From Planctomycetota bacterium (lineage in GTDB: Bacteria; Planctomycetota; JACQVV01): a stretch of 58,943 bases of DNA. Shown piece after piece: positions 47,344-54,977 of the stretch (its first letter is position 1; every line of letters begins with the position of its first letter). The position numbers and the translations under genes are program-made. Location of the stretch: contig JACQVV010000046.1 of the NCBI GenBank assembly GCA_016209595.1, positions 1 through 58,943 on the forward strand. The letters run 5' to 3'. The notes beneath the pieces are model-generated. The model did not search any database, was not told the origin of the DNA, and saw only the letters and a program-made list of their open reading frames with translations.

Positions 47344-49650
47344 ATGAATTCGCCTCGATGGAGCGACGTCCTGGGCATCATTGCGGTCCTGGCGTACCTC
47401 GCGCTCGCCTTCGTCGCCCTCGGCTTGGTCTTCGTCTCGACCGCGGCCGCGGACGACGAACCGGCGCCCGAGAAGAAGGGCGAGTCCACCAAGAAGGAGG
47501 AGGTCTCCGCCGACGACGAGTGGATCGAGAAGTGGGAGCCCGGCTTCCTGACCAGGTCCGCGTTCAGCTGGGTCTCCGGGGACGACGAGCGCTACCGTTA
47601 TTACTTCCAGGAGAAGGAGAAGTTGAAGGGCGGCGTGAGCGAGTTCTCCGCCCGGCGGCTCGAGGACGACGGCGACCTCCAGTTCTACGGCAAGGGCCTC
47701 TACAAGGACGAGATGGGCGTCGGCGGCCGGTTCGAGAAGTTCGGCTGGGGGTACATCGAGTCGTCCTTCGAGCAGTACCCCCGCTACTACGACTCGAGCG
47801 ACGTCGACTACTACTGGGAGCCGCAGAAGGACGAACTGCCCGGCGAGCTCCAGCTCGATCTTGGCCGTTTCGCCCTGGAGGGCGGATTCCAGCGAGCGGA
47901 CCTGCCGCGCGTCACGGTCGGCTACGAGCGGTTCAATCGCGATGGAGAGACGGACCTGCCGTACGGCGGCCAGCAGGTCCCCGACTTCAGCACGGTGTAT
48001 GGAGACCCTCTCTTCGCCCCGAGGAACTACCCGGCCGACCTCTTCCACGCGTACGTGACGCCGCTCGAGCGGCGCATCGACACGATCGAGGACCACGTCT
48101 ACACCCGGGTGTCCCACACGATCGGGCCGGTCGACCTTTCGGCACGCGCCGACTGGCGGGAGAAGCGGGGGGAAGAAGCGCTCGACGAGCCATGGTTCCT
48201 CGCCTCGGGCGCGAGCGGAGGCACAACGCGACCCGACCAGCTCGAGCCGCCGCCCACGGCGATCAACACCTGGCGCTGGTCCCCGCAACACGATGTCTGG
48301 CTCGTCGGCGCGAACGCGCAGATCCGCGCGATCGAGGACGTCCTCAAGTTCGAGTTCGACTACCAGTACACGGGGAGCGGCAGCGACTCCCAGCTCCGGA
48401 CCGAAATCAACACGCCGGAGGGGGTCCGCTACCGTCCGAACCACGGCTTCACGTTCCTGCCGGGGACGGACGCGAACAACCGCGCCCGGGAGCACCGCCT
48501 CAAGGGACGCGTCGAGGCGACGCCGATCGACGCTGTCACGGCATGGTACGAGATGACCTACACGAACGAGCATACAAAGGGCGACAGCAAGCGTCTCGAG
48601 GACATCACCGAGGCGACCGCGCCGCCGGCGAACGCGAGCCCGCTCCTCGCCGACGAGATCTGGGACCACGACACCTTCGTAGTCGAGAAAACCTGGCGCG
48701 AAGAGGTGGGCTTGCGCGTAACGGGCATCCCAATGACGACCATGACCCTCATCAGCGCCTTCGAGCAGTCCGACGTCGACTACGACTGGCACGCCGACTT
48801 CCAGGACGGCCCCGACGTCACTGTCGTGCCCGACCAGGGCAACTGGTACTGGGACGCGGACGGGGACTATCAGCGCTTCCACGGCACGGCCCGCCTCACG
48901 TTCCAGCCCGCGGACTGGGTCGCGTTCCGCCCGCACTACCAGTTCCAGGACTCCGACTACGAGGTGAACGAAAACGACCGCTACTACGAGCGAAAGGTCG
49001 GAGACCCCGAGTACACGGTCAACGACAACGCCCGTTACTACCCCGGCCAGATCAAGGACACCTACCGCTACACGCACACCGTCGGGATGTCCGTCGATCT
49101 CACTCCGGTGAGTTCGGTGACATTCCGGCCGCGGTTCGAGTACCGCCGGCTGAACGAGGTGAACCACGACCAGACCTACGACGACAAGCTCGGCCGGTTC
49201 CGTTCGACCGAGCTTGGCCTCGCGATCGACCTCGTCCCCGTCGAACACCTCACGCTCAACCTCGATGGGTCGACCCGGTGGAGCGAGACCAGAACCCCCG
49301 CCAACAAGTACAGCTTCTCGACTCTCGTCAACTCCCAGAGCGGCGTGGGGAACCAGAACGGCTGGCGGGGCGGCATGGTCGACAAGTTCGAATCGAACTA
49401 CTGGTCGGTCGCCGCCGGGGCGAACTACGAACTCGACGACTGGACGATCGGGTGCAACTTCACCCACACCAACATGGACGGGAGCTGGGAGACCCGCGTC
49501 GTCACCGCCCAGGCGGGTGTGGACTACAAGATCAGCAAGCACTGGCGGAGCGGGTTGCTCTACCAGTTCGGCGACTACGACGAACGCAACAACTCCGATC
49601 ACAATGACTTTGGGTCGCACACCGCCCTGATCGGCGTGGAGTTCCGTTAG
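47344..49650 (+). CDS. Large outer-membrane beta-barrel candidate, MtrB/PioB-like partner of the decaheme cytochrome
   Basis: ORF 47344..49650, starting 25 nt after the cytochrome gene, with GGAGA upstream. Signal peptide ...VFVSTAAADDE. 768 aa rich in D/Y/W/G/T with alternating patterns; ends HTALIGVEFR. Confidence 0.6.
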   Translation: MNSPRWSDVLGIIAVLAYLALAFVALGLVFVSTAAADDEPAPEKKGESTKKEEVSADDEWIEKWEPGFLTRSAFSWVSGDDERYRYYFQEKEKLKGGVSEFSARRLEDDGDLQFYGKGLYKDEMGVGGRFEKFGWGYIESSFEQYPRYYDSSDVDYYWEPQKDELPGELQLDLGRFALEGGFQRADLPRVTVGYERFNRDGETDLPYGGQQVPDFSTVYGDPLFAPRNYPADLFHAYVTPLERRIDTIEDHVYTRVSHTIGPVDLSARADWREKRGEEALDEPWFLASGASGGTTRPDQLEPPPTAINTWRWSPQHDVWLVGANAQIRAIEDVLKFEFDYQYTGSGSDSQLRTEINTPEGVRYRPNHGFTFLPGTDANNRAREHRLKGRVEATPIDAVTAWYEMTYTNEHTKGDSKRLEDITEATAPPANASPLLADEIWDHDTFVVEKTWREEVGLRVTGIPMTTMTLISAFEQSDVDYDWHADFQDGPDVTVVPDQGNWYWDADGDYQRFHGTARLTFQPADWVAFRPHYQFQDSDYEVNENDRYYERKVGDPEYTVNDNARYYPGQIKDTYRYTHTVGMSVDLTPVSSVTFRPRFEYRRLNEVNHDQTYDDKLGRFRSTELGLAIDLVPVEHLTLNLDGSTRWSETRTPANKYSFSTLVNSQSGVGNQNGWRGGMVDKFESNYWSVAAGANYELDDWTIGCNFTHTNMDGSWETRVVTAQAGVDYKISKHWRSGLLYQFGDYDERNNSDHNDFGSHTALIGVEFR

Positions 49651-49789
49651 CAGCCCGTGGAAAAAGTCATTTGGGCTGCGCGCGGCTCTTTCGGCCGATC
49701 TCTTCGTTGCTCGGGCGCGGCGTAGCAGGGCTACGCCTCGGGGGCACCCGCGAAGTGGGTCAGCGCCTCGATCTCGGCCGAAACAGCTC

Positions 49790-49823
49790 GCGCTCGCCTC
49801 CAAAGCACTTTTCCCACAGGCTG
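49790..49823. repeat. Left arm of a 34-bp imperfect inverted repeat flanking the parvulin lipoprotein gene
   Basis: gcgctcgcctccaaagcacttttcccacaggctg. Its reverse complement matches 50899-50932 at 28 of 34 positions. Confidence 0.6.
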
Positions 49824-49889
49824 TCAGACCAGGGGACTTCGCGAGTGTTCTGGGTTTCTCGGCACCATAAGGTCCCACGGAACCGCACC

Positions 49890-50891
49890 ATGAGGTCAGC
49901 CATCCCACTCTCCGCCTTGATCGCGTGCTGGATCGCGGCGTGTGGTGCACCCGACGTCCCCGTGGACCCGCCCGGGGCGCGGAATCTACCGTCAGCCGCG
50001 GCGAGCGGCGCGGATGGAGCCTACCTGGAGGGCACACGGCGCGAAGCCGGAAACCCTCCGTCAACCCTGGCCGAGGTCGCCGGAGAAAACGTCACGGCGG
50101 ACGAGTTGTCGAGCTTCCTCCTCCGTCGGGATCCACGCCTCTTCGAACAGATCGTGGACGAGCTCCTGCTGCGGCGGGTCGTCGAGATCGAAGCGCGAAC
50201 CCAGGGGGTCTCCTGCGAGGGCAAGGAGCTCGAACGGCGGGTTCAGAGGGCGGTCGATGACGAGGTTGCGGGGGGGCGGGAGTTCCTATGGAGACAATAC
50301 CGGGTCAGCCTCGAGAACTACCTCGCTTCGACTCGCTCCGACCTCGCCGCCTACCGGGCCGGGCTGGGCGAGCGGCTCCGGCGCGACACGGTCTCCAAGA
50401 TCCTCTTCGAGCGCCTTGTGCGGTACTGGTCACTCACGACCGAGTGGATCGACATCCGCCGGATCGTGGTCAAGGACCCGGGGCTGGCCGGCGAGATCCG
50501 CGAAAAGATCCTCCTGGGCGCGAGCCCCTCGGTCCTCGCAAAGACATATTGCGTCTGTCCGTGCCGCGAAGACGGCGGAAAGCTCCCGCGCATCTACCGG
50601 GAGACCGCGGACCCCGCGATTGCGGACACACTCTTCGCCATGCAAGAGCGGGGGATCTCCGAGGTACTGGAGATGGAGGAGGGCTACGCGGTCTACGTCG
50701 TCCTCGCCCTCCAGCGCCGACGCGAGGTCCCCTACTCCGCTGCGGAGCGCGAGGTCTTGGCCTCCCTCGAGGAACACGGTCCCGATTCGGAGGAGACACG
50801 AGACTGGTATCAATCCGCCGTCCGCCGTCTGGGGGGAATCCGGTTCCCATTCCGCCCTGTCCCCTCCGACCGTACGCCCGCTCGCGAGTGA
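49890..50891 (+). CDS. Lipoprotein with SurA-N-like and PpiC/parvulin-type peptidyl-prolyl isomerase regions
   Basis: ATG at 49890 inside ORF 49671..50891. Lipobox WIAAC. Parvulin-like IDIRRIVVKD...LAKTY...GGKLPRIYRE...GISEVLEMEEGYAVYVV. Confidence 0.6.
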   Translation: MRSAIPLSALIACWIAACGAPDVPVDPPGARNLPSAAASGADGAYLEGTRREAGNPPSTLAEVAGENVTADELSSFLLRRDPRLFEQIVDELLLRRVVEIEARTQGVSCEGKELERRVQRAVDDEVAGGREFLWRQYRVSLENYLASTRSDLAAYRAGLGERLRRDTVSKILFERLVRYWSLTTEWIDIRRIVVKDPGLAGEIREKILLGASPSVLAKTYCVCPCREDGGKLPRIYRETADPAIADTLFAMQERGISEVLEMEEGYAVYVVLALQRRREVPYSAAEREVLASLEEHGPDSEETRDWYQSAVRRLGGIRFPFRPVPSDRTPARE

Positions 50892-50898
50892 CCCGTAG

Positions 50899-50932
50899 CA
50901 GCTTGTAGGAAAAGTGCTGCGGAGGCCACCGC
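50899..50932. repeat. Right arm of the inverted repeat
   Basis: cagcttgtaggaaaagtgctgcggaggccaccgc, starting 8 nt after the stop codon. Confidence 0.6.
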
Positions 50933-51209
50933 TAATGGTCCCGTCCAGCGACCGGCCGCCCGGTTTGCGGCTTCGGATTGCTCGCTGCCTGCACCCCCAT
51001 ATTTTGGGGCAGGTGGCGCTAACCGCATACCCCCCCTTCTGGAGAGTGAGAGATCCCCCTGCCCTGGAGCGAAATCTCATTCCGGAATCCCCACTTTCCG
51101 GGCTAGCGGCGACCACCCGCCTGCCTCGTCGTTTCGCGCTTGCCGTCGCCCGGCCATGGCGAGGTGATACGGAAGGTCGCACGGCGACCCACCCGCCCGG
51201 AAACGGTTC

Positions 51210-51242
51210 GCGGCCGGTTGGCGTAGCTTGCCAACCGGCCGC
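51210..51242 (-). terminator. 13-bp perfect stem hairpin immediately 3' of tRNA-Glu
   Basis: gcggccggttggc gtagctt gccaaccggccgc. No clear U-tract follows. Confidence 0.4.
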
Positions 51243-51252
51243 GTCTTGAGTC

Positions 51253-51328
51253 TGGCACCCCCATGGGGATTTGAACCCCAGTCCTCGGACTGAGAACCCG
51301 ATATCCTGGGCCGCTAGACGATGGGGGC
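51253..51328 (-). tRNA. tRNA-Glu (anticodon CUC), CCA encoded
   Basis: The reverse complement GCCCCCATCGTCTAGCGGCCCAGGATATCGGGTTCTCAGTCCGAGGACTGGGGTTCAAATCCCCATGGGGGTGCCA folds as a cloverleaf. The anticodon loop is UUCUCAG. The D-arm is close to E. coli tRNA-Glu. Confidence 0.9.
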
Positions 51329-51348
51329 GTTTCGAATGAAGCGCCGAA

Positions 51349-51377
51349 AGAATACGGATCCTCGCCCCCGCTGTCAA
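51349..51377 (-). promoter_or_regulatory. Near-consensus sigma-70 promoter for tRNA-Glu (TTGACA-17-TATTCT)
   Basis: Minus strand reads TTGACAgcgggggcgaggatccgTATTCT. The -10 ends about 20 nt before the mature tRNA 5' end. Confidence 0.5.
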
Positions 51378-51579
51378 GGACTCTGCTCGGGGCTGATCTC
51401 GAGGACCCCTATCTCTCGCTCGCCCTTCGCCCCCGCGACGTCCTGATTCGCAATCTGCTGCAGGCCCAGGATCTCTGCGCCTCAGGCCGGTCCCCCGGTC
51501 CGACCGAAGCCCGATCTCATGCGATCACGAGATCTTGATGCGTTCGCCCCGGCGACGGGAGGGTTTCTTGGATGGGCTC

Positions 51580-52788
51580 TCAGTCGTCGAAGTTCTCGAG
51601 AACGAGGCGGAGCGTCGCCGCCCCGGGACGGCCGGCCGACTCCTCGAGCGCGCCCCGAACGAACGCGTGTGCGGCGGGCAGGACTTCCTCCAGATGCCTC
51701 GTCGCCTCGGCGTCGCCGCCGAGCGCGGACTCGACCCAGGCCGCGACGCGCGAGCGCGCCTCGGGAGCGAGGAATTCGCCGGCGTTGGTCGCGGTGAGCG
51801 CGGCGCGCGCCGGTAGGCGCAGCTCGCCGAGCCTTTCGTGGGCGAGGGTGGCCTCCCCCGGGACCGGCGCCAGCACGACGTCGAGCCGGCGCAGGACGAA
51901 GGACCTCCCGGCTCCGATCTCGACCTCGGCCCCCCGGCGAAGGAGGACGAGCGGGCCCGCGGCGCTCGAAACCGAGAGGGCGATCGTCCCCTCGTCCTCC
52001 CAGCTCCCGGCGTCGATCGTGGCGTAGATCGACGTAGCCGTCGAGAGGAAATCGCGCGGGAAGACGGGCTCGACCGCCCGCCCCGGAGGCGGCGCGGCCT
52101 TCGAACGCCACGCCTGGAACACGACCGCTCCGGTCCGGGCAAGCGCCTCGGCCAGCGCGTTCGAGACTCGGGCGTGGGTCTCCAGGCGCGAGTACAGCGA
52201 CGCGAGAGCGCGCGGCTCGGCAACGGCGGCCGTTCCGGCGAATTCCCGGCTCCGGCGCCAGATCCACGCGACGAACCACGAGTCGAAGAGTCCGATTCCC
52301 TCCGCCGTGTCGAGAGCGCCGGCGAGATCGGAGAGCGCGAGCGGCGGGGCTCCGGGGGCGCCGGCGAGGCGATCGATCTCGGCGGTGAAGAAGGGCGCAA
52401 GCGGCCCGAGATCCTCGGCGTGGCTCCTCGCCTGGAAGTCGAACTTCCGCGCGGCGAGGTCCTGCTTGAAGGCGGTCCAGGCGCTCTCGGTTTGCGTCCA
52501 CCAGGCCCAGGTCTCGGCGTGCGCGTGGAACCCGCGCGGGAACTCGCCGCCCAGGGGGACGAGCGCGTCTCCCTCGGGCCTCTCGGACCCGGGAGCGCCG
52601 TCCTCCTGGGCGGGGACGCGGGGGGCGAACCAACCGCCGGCGAGGACGATCATCACGGCGACCATCCGGACGAACCGCGGCGTCCAGCGGCCCCGGATCA
52701 CGACCGGCTTGCCTCGCCGGGCGCGCGCGAGGTAGACGAGCGCGACCCCCGCCGCGCCGACCCAGAGGACAGGCGTCGCGAGCCTCAT
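51580..52788 (-). CDS. Hypothetical membrane protein (two N-terminal TM helices plus a roughly 330-aa domain), coupled to the radical SAM gene
   Basis: MRLATPVLWVGAAGVALVYLA start inside ORF 51580..52992. ATGA overlap with the upstream stop. No motif recognised. Confidence 0.6.
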   Translation of the reverse strand: MRLATPVLWVGAAGVALVYLARARRGKPVVIRGRWTPRFVRMVAVMIVLAGGWFAPRVPAQEDGAPGSERPEGDALVPLGGEFPRGFHAHAETWAWWTQTESAWTAFKQDLAARKFDFQARSHAEDLGPLAPFFTAEIDRLAGAPGAPPLALSDLAGALDTAEGIGLFDSWFVAWIWRRSREFAGTAAVAEPRALASLYSRLETHARVSNALAEALARTGAVVFQAWRSKAAPPPGRAVEPVFPRDFLSTATSIYATIDAGSWEDEGTIALSVSSAAGPLVLLRRGAEVEIGAGRSFVLRRLDVVLAPVPGEATLAHERLGELRLPARAALTATNAGEFLAPEARSRVAAWVESALGGDAEATRHLEEVLPAAHAFVRGALEESAGRPGAATLRLVLENFDD

Positions 52789-53837
52789 CGGCACGCTCCC
52801 GCCGCTCGGCAGCGGCCGAAGGCGTGCTCGCGGCACGCGTTCCCGTTCCGGCTCTGGAGCCAGCATTCCAGGCCGTCGGAGGCGACGCCGTGGCCTCGCT
52901 CGCGGAACCGGCGGAAGCCCTCGGCCCAGATCGCGGACAGCGGCTTCTGGCGGACGTTTCCCTCGCTCTCTCCTGGGTCCGTCGTAGTGCACGGCACGAC
53001 CTCGCCGGTCGAGGTCACCACGCAGGAGATCCGGCCCGCCCCGCAGAGGAAGGGCTGGTCGCGGTAGAGCCAGTCATCGGCCCCCGCCGAGCCCCACTCG
53101 TTGCAGAGCTCGACGTGGAAGACCGAGCGCTTCCTGCGGGCGAAGGCCGCGACGCGGCGGAGCTGGTCGGGGGTCGGGAAAAGCTCGCGACGCTCGTTTC
53201 CCCTCGCCTCGGGGGCGAAGAGATGGAGCCCCCACGAATCGGCCCCCGACTCGAGGACGACGGGGAGGAGCTCGGGGACCCGGTCAGCGTTCGCCCGTGT
53301 GATCGTCGTGCCCAGGACGACCTCCCGGCAACCCGCCTCCTTCAGGACTCGAACGGCCTCGAGCGCGGCGCGGAAGCTCCCCGCGCGGCCTCGGAACCGG
53401 TCGTGCAACTCCTCGGTCCCGTCGAGCGAGATCGCGGCAAGCGACGGCGGGTACTCGGCGAAGAAGTCCCGGAGGCGCGGGACGTGGAGCCCATGGGTGT
53501 GCATCGCCCATTCGAGCCCGCTCGCGACGGCGTGCCGAACGATGCCGGGGAGGTCCTTCCGGAGCAGGAGCTCCCCTCCCGCGCAGACGAAGGTCGGGCG
53601 GCCGAGGCGGACAAGCTCGTCCACGAGGAGGGTCCTCGCTTCCACGGTCGTGAGCTCGCCCTGGGCGCGACGGCCGGCGGCGGAGTAGCAGTGCGGGCAG
53701 TGGAGGTCGCAGGCCGAGGTCACGATCCACTGGACCGCGACGGGCGCCCGGACCATGCCGAGCCGGGCAAGGAGGCGGGTCTCCGTCTCCCAGACCTCGG
53801 CGGCTCGGCGGGCGTAGAGGCGATGCAGGATCCCCAT
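52785..53837 (-). CDS. Radical SAM enzyme with a SPASM/twitch-like C-terminal Cys-rich domain
   Basis: MGILHRLY start (53837) inside ORF 52785..54929. Contains CDLHCPHC (CxxxCxxC), then CGAGRISCVVTSTGEVVPC and ECW...CREHAFGRCRAAGAC. Confidence 0.8.
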   Translation of the reverse strand: MGILHRLYARRAAEVWETETRLLARLGMVRAPVAVQWIVTSACDLHCPHCYSAAGRRAQGELTTVEARTLLVDELVRLGRPTFVCAGGELLLRKDLPGIVRHAVASGLEWAMHTHGLHVPRLRDFFAEYPPSLAAISLDGTEELHDRFRGRAGSFRAALEAVRVLKEAGCREVVLGTTITRANADRVPELLPVVLESGADSWGLHLFAPEARGNERRELFPTPDQLRRVAAFARRKRSVFHVELCNEWGSAGADDWLYRDQPFLCGAGRISCVVTSTGEVVPCTTTDPGESEGNVRQKPLSAIWAEGFRRFRERGHGVASDGLECWLQSRNGNACREHAFGRCRAAGACR

Positions 53838-54026
53838 GGCGAAACCCTCCCCAGAACTCCTGAAGGATACCGTACCGGGGAGCCGCGTATTCCTCGACGC
53901 CGGCTCCTCGGGGACAGGAAACCCCAAGATTTTGTGGATCTGGGTGAGGCAGACCGCTAGAATCGGCGCCCCGGGAACCCAGTTCCGGGGAGATATCGGG
54001 CGAACATCCGGGGAGACTATCTGACG

Positions 54027-54794
54027 ATGCGAACGAAGAGGGGCCTTTTCATCACGATCGACGCCAACATCGGCGCGGGGAAGACGAACGCCTGTCACGC
54101 CATCGCCTCGGCGGCCATGGCGAGCGGCCAGCGGGCACGGGTCCTGGAGGAGCCGACCGGCCATCCGAGGTTCGGGCACTTCCTGTCGCGCTACTACGGC
54201 GACCTCCGCACGGGCGAGAACCGGGGCGGTGGCTTCGCCATGCAGGTCTTCATGCTCTGCCAGCGCTACGAGCAGCACCGGCTCGCCGTGGAGCTCGCTT
54301 GGGGAGAGCAGGGGATCGTCGTCGTGCAGGACCGGCCGATCTACGGCGACACGGTCTTCGCGACGACCGCGATGGAGCGCGGCTTCATGACCCGCGAGGA
54401 GTACGACCTCTACGGCGACATGTTCCGGAACATGAGCCGGGATGTGATGCCGCCAGACATCTTCGTCTTCCTCGACGTCTCGCCTGAGGAGTGCCACGCG
54501 CGGATGTCGGCGCGAGCTCGGTCGGAAGAAGAGGGAGTCCCGCTCGACTACCTGCGCCAGCTCGACTCTAACTACAAGAAGCTCGTCGAGGAGATGCGGC
54601 GCCGCGGCGTCCGCGTGCTCGTGGTGGACTGGAAGGAATTCGGGCCCCCGGTCGAAATGTGGGCGCGAATCCGCGACATGGCAATCTCGACCGATTCCTG
54701 GTACGAGCACCTGACGTTCTCCTTCGCCAAGCACCCAAGACTTCCCGTGCCCGGCCAGCCACGGAGAGAGCCGGAGGGCGTCCTGACCCCATAG
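54027..54794 (+). CDS. Deoxynucleoside kinase family protein
   Basis: ORF 54027..54794. P-loop IDANIGAGKTN, QDRPIYGD, and lid RMSARARSEEEGVPLDYL. Confidence 0.75.
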   Translation: MRTKRGLFITIDANIGAGKTNACHAIASAAMASGQRARVLEEPTGHPRFGHFLSRYYGDLRTGENRGGGFAMQVFMLCQRYEQHRLAVELAWGEQGIVVVQDRPIYGDTVFATTAMERGFMTREEYDLYGDMFRNMSRDVMPPDIFVFLDVSPEECHARMSARARSEEEGVPLDYLRQLDSNYKKLVEEMRRRGVRVLVVDWKEFGPPVEMWARIRDMAISTDSWYEHLTFSFAKHPRLPVPGQPRREPEGVLTP

Positions 54795-54977
54795 GCCCTT
54801 CCCAGCACAGAGCCCGAGAACGAACTCGTAGTCGTACTCGTTGTCGGACCCGGCTTTGCCGATACCACGCCCGGGGGCGCTCTGGCCGCCCGAGAGGCCG
54901 CTTGCGCCGATCGCCGGTGCCGATACCATGGGCTCTTTCTATCGACGCCCGCGGCCAACCAGACGAGGAGTCCAGCC

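Noticed and set aside
50430-51377. 315-aa minus-strand ORF
   Set aside because: It spans the tRNA-Glu gene and its promoter and hairpin. Its composition is low-complexity.
51336-51446. 36-codon plus-strand ORF (MKRRKNTDPRPRCQGLCSG...) as a possible precursor peptide for the radical SAM enzyme
   Set aside because: It is on the opposite strand from the radical SAM operon, overlaps the tRNA-Glu promoter, and has no ribosome-binding site.
52785-54794. Radical SAM plus adjacent nucleoside kinase as a prokaryotic viperin-like antiviral pair
   Set aside because: The enzyme has a SPASM/twitch-type C-terminal Cys cluster and lacks viperin-like features. The kinase is divergently transcribed, not co-operonic.
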